In this document: piece by piece, positions 44,659 to 54,602 of the stretch | Layout of the letters: each line of letters begins with the position of its first letter | How positions within the stretch are numbered: position 1 is the first letter of the stretch | Position numbers and translations under genes: made by a program | Source of the DNA: an uncultured Eubacteriales bacterium | Lineage (GTDB): Bacteria > Bacillota > Clostridia > Oscillospirales > CAG-382 | Reading direction: 5' to 3' | Length of the DNA: 64,000 nucleotides | Assembly: GCA_934502885.1 (NCBI GenBank) | Contig: CAKSUT010000010.1 | Span: 19,307-83,306, forward strand | Notes under the pieces: generated by a model | Seen by the model: the letters and a program-made list of their open reading frames with translations, nothing else | Databases searched by the model: none | Told to the model about the DNA's origin: nothing

Positions 44659-44736
44659 GGGAGAATGCGCACAAAAAACAGGAGAAAATAAACATCGCTT
44701 TGCCCACGCCGAAGCGCCAAAACCCGGGTGGCTGAC

Positions 44737-44787
44737 GTTACGAGGATGTCTCCGCCCGTCGGAGACCCTTCGTTCCCTCGCCTGTCA
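44737..44787 (-). repeat. Solo leader module of the repeat family, abutting the MFS stop codon
   Basis: The minus strand reads TGACAGGCGAGGGAACGAAGGGTCTCCGACGGGCGGAGAC. Its first 13 nt are identical to 57436-57448. Hairpin GTCTCCG..CGGAGAC at 44748-44766. Confidence 0.6.
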
Positions 44788-46014
44788 GCGGCGGGAGGCT
44801 TTTACGACGACGGAGGAGACGACGCCGACGAATGCGATAAGCGCCCAGATAACGGCGACACCGCCCCAGCCGAAAGGCTTAACCGCAACCGCGAAGAGTA
44901 CGTTCGCCGCGGAGGCGAAGAAATAACCGCTGAAATCGAGTACTCCGTTCGCCGTCGAAACAACGCCGCTCTTTCCGAGACTCGGTATGTAGATTGTCCA
45001 GACAAGCGACGACATGAGACTTATACTCATGAGCGCAAGCGTCAGAAGCACAACATTGGCGCAGCTGTTCCCGAAAATCGCCGCAAGAAGAAAGAACGCC
45101 GCCGACGTAAAAGAGCATACGCCTGCCATCTTCACTCCGTCCTCTCGGAAAAGCCGTATGAGCGCAAGCGACAAAAACGGCATGAACGCACGTATGAACG
45201 CTATAACCGAAAAAATCATCTTCGAGGTGTTCGCTTCGTAGGCAAGGCGCTCGGTGAGATAGGTCGGAAGCCAGAAGTTTATCGACGCCGACGATACCTC
45301 AACTATTACGCTTATTATCATGTAGAAAATAAAGTCGTCCTGCTTGAATACCTTCGCAAATCCGCCGAAAAGCGACGTCTTTTCCTCGGTGCGTACCGTG
45401 CGCTTTATCGCGCCGCGCGCCTCAAGCCGCGAAAGCAGAATAAACGCCGCGACTCCTATCGCCGCCGACAGAATGCCTGCCGCAATAAACGTCCTCTTCC
45501 ATTCGCCGGTCGCCATCGAAATGACGCTCGCTATGAGCGGTCCCGCAAAGCCGGCAAAAGACAGAAATACGTTGCAGATTCTCGCGTGCATATGCTCCAT
45601 GTTCTCCGATATCGTCTTGACAAGAGGTCCGCGGAGCATGGAAAGCGAAAAGCCCATAACCGCAAAAAGAAGGTATCCGAGAACCGCCGACGTCGCGAAC
45701 GGAAACGCGCACGACGCACCTCCGCAAAGCGCAAGTCCCGAAAGCACCATGTACTTCGACGCAACCTTGTCGCCTATGCGCCCGTTTATCAGCTGACCGG
45801 CGGCGTACATAATCATGTACGTCGAGGAAAGCGATCCTAAAAATTCCTTCCCGTAAAGTCCCGTCTCAAGCATCTCCGGCGTGGAAACGCTCAGAATGTG
45901 CCTCATAAAATAACTCGTTATGTATGAAAAGATGCATATCGCACCTATCTCGAACGACCTCGCCGCGCCGCTCTTATTCGCCGAGGCCGCCGTATCCGCC
46001 GTATCCGCCTGCAT
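44785..46014 (-). CDS. MFS transporter
   Basis: 409-aa ORF with about 12 hydrophobic segments and an MFS-like loop G.L.DR-type motif (GRIGDKV). Confidence 0.8.
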   Translation of the reverse strand: MQADTADTAASANKSGAARSFEIGAICIFSYITSYFMRHILSVSTPEMLETGLYGKEFLGSLSSTYMIMYAAGQLINGRIGDKVASKYMVLSGLALCGGASCAFPFATSAVLGYLLFAVMGFSLSMLRGPLVKTISENMEHMHARICNVFLSFAGFAGPLIASVISMATGEWKRTFIAAGILSAAIGVAAFILLSRLEARGAIKRTVRTEEKTSLFGGFAKVFKQDDFIFYMIISVIVEVSSASINFWLPTYLTERLAYEANTSKMIFSVIAFIRAFMPFLSLALIRLFREDGVKMAGVCSFTSAAFFLLAAIFGNSCANVVLLTLALMSISLMSSLVWTIYIPSLGKSGVVSTANGVLDFSGYFFASAANVLFAVAVKPFGWGGVAVIWALIAFVGVVSSVVVKASRR

Positions 46015-46813
46015 TGTTTATACTCCTTTTGTATCTTTCGTCAGCGGTTCTTCCGCAGTATACCTTGCCGCCTATCTCCGCGAAGTGGCGCCGCAGCTCC
46101 TCCGAAAGTCCGCTGTCGCTTATGAATGTGAAATTCGCGCTCGCGCTGCCGATTCTGTACATCGCGCTCTTGCCGAATTTTGTGTTGTCCGCCAAAACAA
46201 AAACCTTGTCCGCGGACTTTATCATCTGCCGTTCCGTGAGAAGCGTCACGTCCGAGAAGTTGAAAATCTCAAGCTCGTTCGACACCGCGCACGGGAAAAT
46301 GAATACCTTCTGCATATGTATGCTCTCGAGAATCTGCACGGTGAGCGCACCGTCGAAAGCGTTCTCCTCTGCCTTGTATTCGCCGCCGAGAAGTATAGCC
46401 GTAAATTTCGCAAAGCCGCACAGTGCCTTGAAAACGTCAAGCGACTGCGTGGCAACCGTGAGCCGCGTGAAGCGCGCCTTCAGCGCCTCGGCGAAAGCAA
46501 CCGCCGTGCTTCCGACGTCGATTCCTATTATGTCGCCCTCGCGCACGAACTCCGCCGCCTTTTCGGAAAGCTCCTTTTTAAGCTCGGTGTTTTCGTTCTT
46601 TCTCGTTTCGAGACTGCTTTGCAGCTCCATGCTGCGCTTCGCTATCGCACCTCCGTGCACCCTCACCAGAAGACCCTCCGCCTCCATGTGGTTGAGGTCG
46701 CGTCGTATCGTTTCGGGAGTCACTCCGAGCATCTCCGCAAGCTTCACTCTCGAAACCGCTCCGTCCTTCATCAAAAGGTTCATTATTCTGTCGTATCTTT
46801 CGTTTGCAAGCAT
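45974..46813 (-). CDS. DeoR-family transcriptional regulator
   Basis: The ORF-track frame is 45974..46855. The likely start is MLANERYDRIMNLL at 46813, after GGAGGAAAAG. It has an HTH (VSRVKLAEMLGVTPETIRRDL) and a DeoR C-terminal sugar-binding fold. The 3' end overlaps the MFS start by 41 nt. Confidence 0.85.
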   Translation of the reverse strand: MLANERYDRIMNLLMKDGAVSRVKLAEMLGVTPETIRRDLNHMEAEGLLVRVHGGAIAKRSMELQSSLETRKNENTELKKELSEKAAEFVREGDIIGIDVGSTAVAFAEALKARFTRLTVATQSLDVFKALCGFAKFTAILLGGEYKAEENAFDGALTVQILESIHMQKVFIFPCAVSNELEIFNFSDVTLLTERQMIKSADKVFVLADNTKFGKSAMYRIGSASANFTFISDSGLSEELRRHFAEIGGKVYCGRTADERYKRSINNAGGYGGYGGLGE

Positions 46814-46984
46814 CTTTTCCTCCGATTCTGTCATGCTGTTGCTTTTTCGTATCATTCAGTCATTTTTTGCAAAATGAACCACACTCTGATTTTACAACAT
46901 TTTGACAAAAATGTCAATATATTTTTATGCTGAAAAATGCCGCTTTTTTATCATATTTTGTACTTTTGTGTTCGTAAAGAGAGT

Positions 46985-48690
46985 TTTATATAATTGAGAA
47001 TGGAGAATTGAGAATTGATGTCGAAAAACGCTGAAGCGTTTTTCGGCAATTGAGAATTGAAAGTGGAGAATGGAGAATTGATGTTGAAAAACGCTGAAGC
47101 GTTTTTCTTCATTAAAAAATTATATGGTGCGTATTTTGAGGCTGTGCGATAAAGGGAAAGCGGATTTTTGACGAGGGTATGGGTGTTTGAGGTAATACGA
47201 TTATTCCGAACCTCGTTGGTGTGTTGTAGGGAACGGGCTTGCTCGTTCCGAAAACCTCAGACAATTGCCAACATCGGATAATGCGCACTTGCAATAATCT
47301 TTTGCCGGTTTTCTACATGGTGACATACATAACCGTGCGTGCGGTTCTTGCGGACGGAGCAATCTACGCAGATGCTTCGCATCCTGTGTGTCCCTACGAT
47401 ACACCATGGAGAAAGTGCAAATCTCAAGCTTCGCACTACCCAAGAACCTTATCTTTGCGGAATTTAAACGTGGCGGCTTTTTCGTCGCTTTAAATTCCGC
47501 AAACGGTGTTTCCCACAAATTACTGTCCCAACAAAGCCTGATGCCAATGTTCCATTCGACCGAGACTTCGTCGAGGTTGAACGGAATATCCTCTGATACG
47601 CACAGTCCGCTTCATCTAAGTCGGCGACTTGCGTTTATGGTCGCCGACTTCGGCAGTGCCTTTAAATATAGTGCTTGTCCGACAGTCCCTCAGTCTGACG
47701 ACTACGTCGTGACAGCTCCGGAGGTTTCTTTGCAACCGGTTGCACAGGGGATGCCTCCGGAGTTGGCAGAGCCAACTCGAGAGTAAATTGCTTCGCAATT
47801 TCTCTCGCGACTTTGTCGCCTCCAATACACCCAAGAGGAAGTGCCAATCTCAAGCTTCGCACTACCCAAGAACCTTATCTTTGCGGAATTTAAACGTGGC
47901 GGTTTTTTCGTCGCTTTAAATTCCGCAAACGGTGTTTCCCACAAATTACTGTCCCAACAAAGCCTGATGCCAATGTTCCATTCGACCGAGACTTCGTCGA
48001 GGTTGAACGGAATATCCTCTGATACGCACAGTCCGCTTCATCTAAGTCGGCGACTTGCGTTTATGGTCGCCGACTTCGGCAGTGCCTTTAAATATAGTGC
48101 TTGTCCGACAGTCCCTCAGTCTGACGACTACGTCGTGACAGCTCCGGAGGTTTCTTTGCAACCGGTTACACAGGGGATGCCTCCAATGCTGTCCCCGAGA
48201 GAAAGAGCTTATCCGACAGTCCCTCAGTCAGCTTCGCTGACAGCTCCCCTTACACAGGGGAGCCTCGGCGTCTGCGACGCCTCCAATACACCCAAGAGCA
48301 AGTGCAAACCTCAAAATTCGCACAAACCAAAAAGCTCATCTTTCCGTAATTTGTCGTCGAACGAAGTGAGGTACAAATTTCGGGAACGGGAGAAGGTAAA
48401 AATTACATTCCCCGCAAAGCCTGAAGCCAACCTCATCTTCGACCGAGACTTCGTCGAGGTTGAACGGAATATCCTCTGATACGCACAGTCCGCCCCATCT
48501 AAGTCGGCGACTTGCGTTTATGGTCGCCGGCTTCGGTATATCCTCCGATTACACAAAAGACTTTTCATTTCAAAGCGATAGCTTTGAAATCGATAAAGTT
48601 CTTTTGGTACTTTTCTTTCAAGAAAAGTACACCCCCGTAAGCCCCTGCGGCGAGCAGCCCCCGTAACCTTCGCCGTCAGTGCCCCTCCGT
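46985..48690 (-). repeat. Hairpin-chain repeat array R6 (reverse orientation, about 1.7 kb, internally amplified)
   Basis: Starts with GAGAATG/GAGAATT heptamers and GAAAAACGCTGAAGCGTTTTTC hairpins. It ends with M2 (48567-48590), M1 GTACTTTTCTTTCAAGAAAAGTAC (48607-48630) and the C-rich complement of the leader. Confidence 0.85.
47415..48184. repeat. Tandem direct duplication (period 426 bp) inside R6, with a third diverged copy at about 48297-48540
   Basis: 47415-47758 and 47841-48184 are near identical, with about 3 mismatches by eye. This also shows as duplicated ORF-track peptides (MWETPFAEFKATKKPPRLNSAKIRFLGSAKLEI twice). Confidence 0.85.
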
Positions 48691-48944
48691 TAACACAATT
48701 TTGCGATTTTACAACATGATTTTGCTGTGCGGCGAAATTGACCGTATGTATAATATCACAAATTTTCAAGGAAAAAATGATGACTGAAAATGCAAAAACG
48801 TCCGCGCATTATGCAAAAGCGTCCCCCTGATTGTGCAGATGATACAAGCGAGGGTGATTATTTTTGTGCGTTGCGACGAAAATTCCGTTTGTGCAACCTG
48901 CCAAATAACAGTGTATACCCAAAGCAGAATTTTTGGCAAAGTAC

Positions 48945-48973
48945 TTTACATTTTTATTGTCCCGTGGTATAAT
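48945..48973 (+). promoter_or_regulatory. Strong sigma-A type promoter upstream of SLH paralog 4
   Basis: TTTACA (48945-48950), a 17-nt spacer, then TATAAT (48968-48973) with a TG extension (TGGTATAAT). Confidence 0.6.
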
Positions 48974-49051
48974 GCTATTGTAATGTTGCTCTGCGGAAAG
49001 GCTGCGGAGTAAAAATTACCGAAAGCAAACAGCTTTTATACCAATGAAAGG

Positions 49052-52000
49052 ATGGTAACACAAAACATGACAAGAAGAATCGTAAGCCTCCTCCTCTGCG
49101 TCCTCATGGCTCTCGGCTCGTTCGGCGTTTTCGCATTCGCCGCCGCCGACGACCTTGTGCTTGACTACGCAGACAATTTCTGCAGAGGCAACGTAGACAG
49201 ACACACTCTCTGCGTAACCGACATAAACGCCGAAAAGGACGGCAAGAAAGTTGTTAAGGTAACTCCTAACCCCGAAGGCGAGGGCGGAAGCCTCGGCATC
49301 AACCTCGACGCCTACGGACTCGACGGCAAGAAGATCGACCTCATCAAGTACAGATACGTCGTTATCGAGTACTACTACGAGACCCCCGAACAGCGTGCGA
49401 ACGGCCCCATGTTCTTCAACATGATGGGCAAGACCTCTCCGTTCTCCGGTCATGTCGGCGCATTCGCCAACGAAAAGCTCGAAGCCAATAAGTGGGCAAA
49501 GGCTACCTTTAATGTAGGCGACCTTGTCAAGGCAAAGCTCAAGGCGGACTATGACCCCAGCGCTCCCTACCTCTCGCAGGTTCATATTTACCCCTACGGT
49601 CAGGGCGTCAAGCCGACCGCTCTCACGGCAAACGATATCATGTATATCTCCACCATCACCTTCACCGCCGACAACCCCAACCCCGACCGTGAGTACAACC
49701 TCGCCTTTAACAAGGGCGGCAACGGCGTCGAGGGTGAGGATATTAAGCTCACCGCAAAGGGCGGCGAAGAGGTAACCATCCCCGAGTGTACCTATAAGTT
49801 CGGCAACAACGAATTTGCAGGCTGGTTTGCAGGCTCCAATACCTCCAAGCTCTATCAGCCCGGCGACAAGTACACAATGCCCGAGCACGACCTCGGCTTC
49901 ACCGCAATGTGGAAGATGAAGGTCGAAACTCCCGACGTAAAGTGCCTCCACTATCCCGATTACTACAACGGCGTCGTTGACGGAAGCAAGTTCGACGTTG
50001 TCCTCGAAGCCGGCAAGGCAACCGTCGGCGGTCTCGAAACCATCCGCTTCGTACCCAACCCCAATTCCGAAAAGCCCGATTACTTCGGCTTCGACGGCTG
50101 GAGCTACGGCGGCGCGCAGATCGACCTTTCGCAGTATAAGTACGCCGCAATCGTGTACTACTTCGGCACAAAGAACGACTACGGCGAAATCAGACCCGTT
50201 ATGCGAATACTCAAGAGCTCCGGCAATACCGTAACAAAGTCTCTCATGACCGAGGGTACACCTCTCGAATACGGCAAGTGGAGCTACTCGCTCTTCGACC
50301 TCAACGAGCAGGCACAGTACCTCACAGAGACTCCGAACCTTGTTCAGATGCACATTCTCCCGATAGGTGAAAAGCGCAAGGTAACAGAGCTTTCGGCCGA
50401 CGACGAGGTTTGCCTTTCCAAGATTGTGTTCATGAAGAACAAGCCCGATCCCAAGCTCTTCGCGGTACACACCGCATTCATCTCCGGCTACAGCGACGGC
50501 ACCTTCAAGCCCGACAAGACAATGACCCGTGCCGAGGCATGCACAATAATCACACGTCTTCTCACAAGCGAGAACACAATTAAGGGTAAGTATGAGTCGA
50601 AGTTTACCGACGTCGCTAAGGGCGAATGGTACTACGACAACATAGCATACCTCGAAAACAAGGGTATACTCGCCTCCTACTCCGGCACGTTCGAGCCTAA
50701 CAAGAACATCACACGGGCGGAGTTTGCGGAGCTTGTTTACAACATGGGACTCGCAAAGGACACCGGCAAGACCGTGACCTTCTCCGACGTTCCCGAAACG
50801 CACCCCAAGTATAAGGCGGTAATGGCGGCGGCATCGGCAGGTATCGTAGGCGGCTACGCAGACGGCACTTTCCTCCCCGACAGAACAATCACCCGTGCGC
50901 AGGTTGTTAAGGTAATCAACAATGCATACGGCAAGAAGGTTGCGAAGACGAAGGAAATCGCTCTCTTTGACGACACTCCTCTCTACACCGACCTTGCAGG
51001 CACGCACTGGGCATATACGGACATTATGGAAGCATCGATTAACCACGGCACCTGCGAGCAGGACGACAAAGGCGAGATTTGGTTCTTCGCAATAACCCCC
51101 GACGCAAAGCTTGACTACGCCTCCGGCAACGCAAAGGTAGCTGAGCTTGACAAGCTTGAAGCCGAGAGAATCGCCGAGATAAGAGCGACCAAGGACGAGC
51201 TTGCGGACAAGGTTACGGGTACCAAGTACTACGTTTCCTCCTCCACGGGCAACGACGACAACGACGGCAAGACTCCCGAAACCGCATGGAAGACAACCGC
51301 AAAGGTAAGCGGCGTTGCGTTCAAGAAGGGCGACGGCGTATTCTTCAAGAGAGGCGATATTTTCAGAGGCGGTCTCACAACGCGCGAATACACCTCCTAC
51401 GGCGCATACGGCGAAGGTGCGAAGCCGATAATCATGCTCAGCCCCGAGAACGGTGCGGGCGAAGAGAAGTGGACTCTCGTTGAGGGTACAACCGATATTT
51501 ACAAGTACCACATCGAGATGAACGACCTCGGCGGTGTTGTCTGCATGGACAAGGACGGCAAGGTTGTAAACTTCATGGAAAAGGTTTGCCTCTACAACGA
51601 CGCGAACGGCTACTACGACAACGCAAAGTCCTACAAGCACTACAAGGAAATTCTCGATTACATAAAGGAGCTTCCTGCCGAGAGCGGCGACGTTTGCGTA
51701 AACGGCAAGGTTTCCACAGACGTACTGAGATACAAGAGCGACATATACGTAAGATGCGCCGCAGGCAACCCGGGCAAGGTTTACGCCTCCATTGAGTTTA
51801 TAAACGGCGGAAGTGCGGTAATCTCCGGCAGAAGCAACGTAAATATAGACAACCTCGCACTCTTCTACGGATCACGCCACGGTATCGGTGCCGGCACGGT
51901 TCAGAATCTTGTTATCACGAACTGCGAGATAGGCTATATCGGCGGCGGCTACCAGAATTACGGCGGCACGACGATAGTGCGTTACGGCAACGGTATTGAA

Positions 52001-52579
52001 GTATACGGCGGCTGCGACAATTTTGTGATAGACAACTGCTATGTATATCAGTGCTACGACGCAGGCATCACGAATCAGCTCCAGAAGGGCGGCAGCGAGA
52101 ACTACACCGAGCAGAACGTAAAGTTCACGAACAATGTTCTCGTAGACAGCTGCTACAACATCGAGTACTTCATGGGCGTGAGCGACACGGGTCTTGCGAC
52201 GAGACTTCTCAAGAACATCGAGTATTCCGGCAACCTTATCCGCCGTGCAGGCTTCGGCTGGGGCAGAGGTGCAAACCCCTCCAATGCGGCTAACATCAAG
52301 GGTTGGGATCACTACAATATGTCCGAGAACTTCGTCATCAAGAACAACGTATTCGACCGTTCCAAGGGCGTGCTTCTCCACATCGGCGCAGGCACAATGG
52401 GATGGCTTCCGGCTCTCGAGGGCAACACCTACATTGAGCATCAGGGCAGAAACCTCGCTCAGTACGGTCAGAACCCCACGACGACCTTCAAGTACAACAC
52501 CGTAACCGAGGGTACTATCAAGGACACCTTCGGCGAAAAGAACCCCTCCGTTTACTTCCTCGAACCCGAAAAAAACTGA
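49052..52579 (+). CDS. Secreted SLH-domain / beta-helix surface protein (paralog 4) with distinct N-terminal CBM-like repeats and a Listeria-Bacteroides (Flg_new-type) repeat
   Basis: 1175-aa ORF with a signal peptide (alternative start MTRRIVSLLLCVLMALGSFGVFAFAAADD at 49067). It has the YNLAFNKGGNGVEGE..FAGWF..FTAMW repeat, three SLH motifs, and a C-terminal domain homologous to paralogs 1-3. Confidence 0.85.
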   Translation: MVTQNMTRRIVSLLLCVLMALGSFGVFAFAAADDLVLDYADNFCRGNVDRHTLCVTDINAEKDGKKVVKVTPNPEGEGGSLGINLDAYGLDGKKIDLIKYRYVVIEYYYETPEQRANGPMFFNMMGKTSPFSGHVGAFANEKLEANKWAKATFNVGDLVKAKLKADYDPSAPYLSQVHIYPYGQGVKPTALTANDIMYISTITFTADNPNPDREYNLAFNKGGNGVEGEDIKLTAKGGEEVTIPECTYKFGNNEFAGWFAGSNTSKLYQPGDKYTMPEHDLGFTAMWKMKVETPDVKCLHYPDYYNGVVDGSKFDVVLEAGKATVGGLETIRFVPNPNSEKPDYFGFDGWSYGGAQIDLSQYKYAAIVYYFGTKNDYGEIRPVMRILKSSGNTVTKSLMTEGTPLEYGKWSYSLFDLNEQAQYLTETPNLVQMHILPIGEKRKVTELSADDEVCLSKIVFMKNKPDPKLFAVHTAFISGYSDGTFKPDKTMTRAEACTIITRLLTSENTIKGKYESKFTDVAKGEWYYDNIAYLENKGILASYSGTFEPNKNITRAEFAELVYNMGLAKDTGKTVTFSDVPETHPKYKAVMAAASAGIVGGYADGTFLPDRTITRAQVVKVINNAYGKKVAKTKEIALFDDTPLYTDLAGTHWAYTDIMEASINHGTCEQDDKGEIWFFAITPDAKLDYASGNAKVAELDKLEAERIAEIRATKDELADKVTGTKYYVSSSTGNDDNDGKTPETAWKTTAKVSGVAFKKGDGVFFKRGDIFRGGLTTREYTSYGAYGEGAKPIIMLSPENGAGEEKWTLVEGTTDIYKYHIEMNDLGGVVCMDKDGKVVNFMEKVCLYNDANGYYDNAKSYKHYKEILDYIKELPAESGDVCVNGKVSTDVLRYKSDIYVRCAAGNPGKVYASIEFINGGSAVISGRSNVNIDNLALFYGSRHGIGAGTVQNLVITNCEIGYIGGGYQNYGGTTIVRYGNGIEVYGGCDNFVIDNCYVYQCYDAGITNQLQKGGSENYTEQNVKFTNNVLVDSCYNIEYFMGVSDTGLATRLLKNIEYSGNLIRRAGFGWGRGANPSNAANIKGWDHYNMSENFVIKNNVFDRSKGVLLHIGAGTMGWLPALEGNTYIEHQGRNLAQYGQNPTTTFKYNTVTEGTIKDTFGEKNPSVYFLEPEKN

Positions 52580-52593
52580 AAATAACAGTCTAT

Positions 52594-52631
52594 CCTCCCG
52601 AGCCGTCTGCGGCGGCTCGGGAGGATTTTTG
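52594..52631 (+). terminator. Rho-independent terminator after SLH paralog 4
   Basis: CCTCCCGAGCC-GTCTGCGGC-GGCTCGGGAGG followed by ATTTTTG. Confidence 0.85.
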
Positions 52632-52634
52632 TGC

Positions 52635-53313
52635 GGGCGAGGGTCACGGGAGGTCTCCGACGGGCGTAGATTACGATGGTGTCCTTTTCTTGAAAGAAAA
52701 GGACCAAAAGAACTTCAAAAGCAAAGCTTACGCTTTGCAGGATGGGTGTCTTGGAGTGAGCGGGCGTAGCCGCCAGAGAAATTGCGAAGCAATTTACTCT
52801 CGAGTTGACCGTGTCAACTCCGGTGGCTCTGCCAACTCCGGAGGCATCCCCTGTGTAACCGGTTGCAGAGCAACCTATGGAGCTGGCACGACGAAGTCGT
52901 CGGACTGAGGGGCTGTCAAATCAGCACCATAATCCAAGAAAATACCGCGTTCGGTGCGCATATATGCGCGCCATAAACGCAAGTCGCCGAACGAAATGGG
53001 GCAAGGACTCATCTAATCGAATAGAATACGAAAGTCGGTCGCCATAAATTCAAGCGACCGACTTCGGTATTATCTCAGATAAGCACTGTCCAAAGGCTTC
53101 CCTTCGACCGAGGCGTTGCCGAGGTTGTTGTGCAGCAAGCTGCACGAAAGTAAATGCTTCGCAAGCTCGCATTTCTTTCCGCGTCCTACATAAGCTTAGA
53201 CTTAATCCTGCAAAACGCAGTTTTGAAATCGATAAAGTTCTTTAGCGAAAGCAACAAAGTTGCGTCGCCTGAAAGCAACTTTGTTGCGTCGCACGTTTCT
53301 TTCAAGAAAAGTA
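52635..53313. mobile_element. Hairpin-chain repeat R7: second copy bounded by inverted M1 ends, in a convergent spacer
   Basis: The left end CCGACGGGCGTAGATTACGATGGTGTCCTTTTCTTGAAAGAAAAGGACCAAAAGAACTT (M1 at 52681-52704) is the reverse complement of the R5 right end. A degenerate inverted M1 lies at 53293-53313. The interior is collinear with the reverse complement of R5 plus extra modules. Confidence 0.7.
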
Positions 53314-54564
53314 CATTCCCATCCCCTCGCACGCCTCGTTTCTGAGTCTCATGAGGGTAAGTCTGTTGCGGACGAGTGGGGAGTACTCGCAGATAAGGGG
53401 AAGCTTTTCGGACGGCACGCCGATGTCCTCAAGCGAGGACTTCATGCCGAGCCTTGAGCAGAGCGGCAAAAGCTCTGCGACGGTCGGTATTTCACCGACA
53501 ACCTCGCGGATTTCACTCCATTTGCTTTCAATAAGCTCTGCCGTAATACCGGCGCAGGCGTCGCTTTTGTTCTCGGTGATGATAGCCTCGGCAAGTCTTT
53601 CGCCGAAAAACGCGGCAATGTAATCGTCGCCGGGACGGCGGCAGTCGTGCCACTTGGGGCTTGTTTCGGAAAGTCCGTGATAAACCTTCGACGCAATGAG
53701 CGTGCCGACGCCGACCTTTTCTCCGTGAAGTGCGTCCGAGCTTGCGCCGAGACCGTCCGGGCGCATCTCGATGAGGTGCGATATGTGGTGTTCCGCGCCC
53801 GACGCACAGCGTGAGTTGCCGAGAAGCTGCATTGCGAGTCCCGAAAGGACAAGACCGTACATGAGCTTTTCGTAAGCGTGGGTTTCGCCTTTTGCAAGGT
53901 CTTCCGCAGCGGCGGTGACTTCTTTTGCGGCGTCAAGGGTCATGCGGTAAATGCTTTCGCAGAGGTATTCGCCGGTGAGAATATTGCCTATCCGCCACTC
54001 GGCAAGGGCTATGTATTTGCCTATCATGTCTCCGACTCCGGAGGCGGTGAGCCTTGCCGGGGCTTTCGAGATGATGTCAAGCTCCGCGACCACTATTTTC
54101 GGCGACACGGCGGTGAAGGTTTTTTTGAAGCCGTACCACGTCATTGCGGCGACCGACGAGCAGAAGCCGTCAACCGACGCCGCGGTCGGGCAGGAGGCGA
54201 ACGGAATGCCGAGTTTATACGCGGAATAGCGCGTGATGTCATGCACCGTCCCCGAGCCTACGGCGACAAGGTAGTCCGTGTCCTTCGGTATTCTTTCGAG
54301 AGCCATGGCGACTCCGTGTTCGTCGGCGTGGAGTCCGTCCGGCGGCAGGATTATCTCGCAGTCGGCTTTCGGTCTGCGGTCCTCCGCGGCGCGGTACGTG
54401 TTCTCGTCGTATATTGCCGCCGACTTTCCGTGAAGTCCGTGTTCTTTTGCGTAATCGGCGAAGCCGCGCATTGCTCCGCTCTCTATTACGCAGAATTCGG
54501 TCGTCATTGTGTGTTCGCGGCCGCACGCGCACGCACCGCTTAATCTCTTGCTGTCTGTTATCAT
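53302..54564 (-). CDS. AraM-like glycerol-1-phosphate dehydrogenase (iron-containing ADH / DHQS-like superfamily)
   Basis: 420-aa ORF with VAVGSGTVHDITRY, TAASVDGF, GVGDMIGK and HHISH..HGEKVG metal and NAD motifs, as in the G1PDH/AraM family. AAGGAG RBS. Confidence 0.75.
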   Translation of the reverse strand: MITDSKRLSGACACGREHTMTTEFCVIESGAMRGFADYAKEHGLHGKSAAIYDENTYRAAEDRRPKADCEIILPPDGLHADEHGVAMALERIPKDTDYLVAVGSGTVHDITRYSAYKLGIPFASCPTAASVDGFCSSVAAMTWYGFKKTFTAVSPKIVVAELDIISKAPARLTASGVGDMIGKYIALAEWRIGNILTGEYLCESIYRMTLDAAKEVTAAAEDLAKGETHAYEKLMYGLVLSGLAMQLLGNSRCASGAEHHISHLIEMRPDGLGASSDALHGEKVGVGTLIASKVYHGLSETSPKWHDCRRPGDDYIAAFFGERLAEAIITENKSDACAGITAELIESKWSEIREVVGEIPTVAELLPLCSRLGMKSSLEDIGVPSEKLPLICEYSPLVRNRLTLMRLRNEACEGMGMYFS

Positions 54565-54602
54565 TTTTTATCACTCCTTAATTGGTTTACGAAAGTGTTC
54601 TT

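Noticed and set aside
45974-46014. The 41-nt overlap between the DeoR regulator 3' end and the MFS transporter start as a possible frameshift or fusion.
   Set aside because: The two reading frames differ and each protein looks complete: a full DeoR C-domain, and an MFS with N-terminal TM1. The glycine/tyrosine-rich DeoR tail may simply be read-through. An alternative downstream MFS start would remove the overlap, and there is no evidence for a pseudogene.
47841-48479. ORFs inside the repeat arrays. Examples are the 212-aa ORF at 47841-48479, plus 47201-47518, 47702-47944, 40829-41491, 52690-52908, 57813-57998 and 59241-59645.
   Set aside because: Homologous modules in different arrays are read in different frames or interrupted by stops. 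There is no RBS, and the peptide repeats merely mirror the DNA duplication. I treat them as non-coding.
46985-48690. A possible CRISPR array, given the many repeated palindromic units.
   Set aside because: There is no single repeat of 25-40 nt at regular spacing with unique spacers. The modules are heterogeneous, ordered and occur in both orientations, and no cas genes are present.
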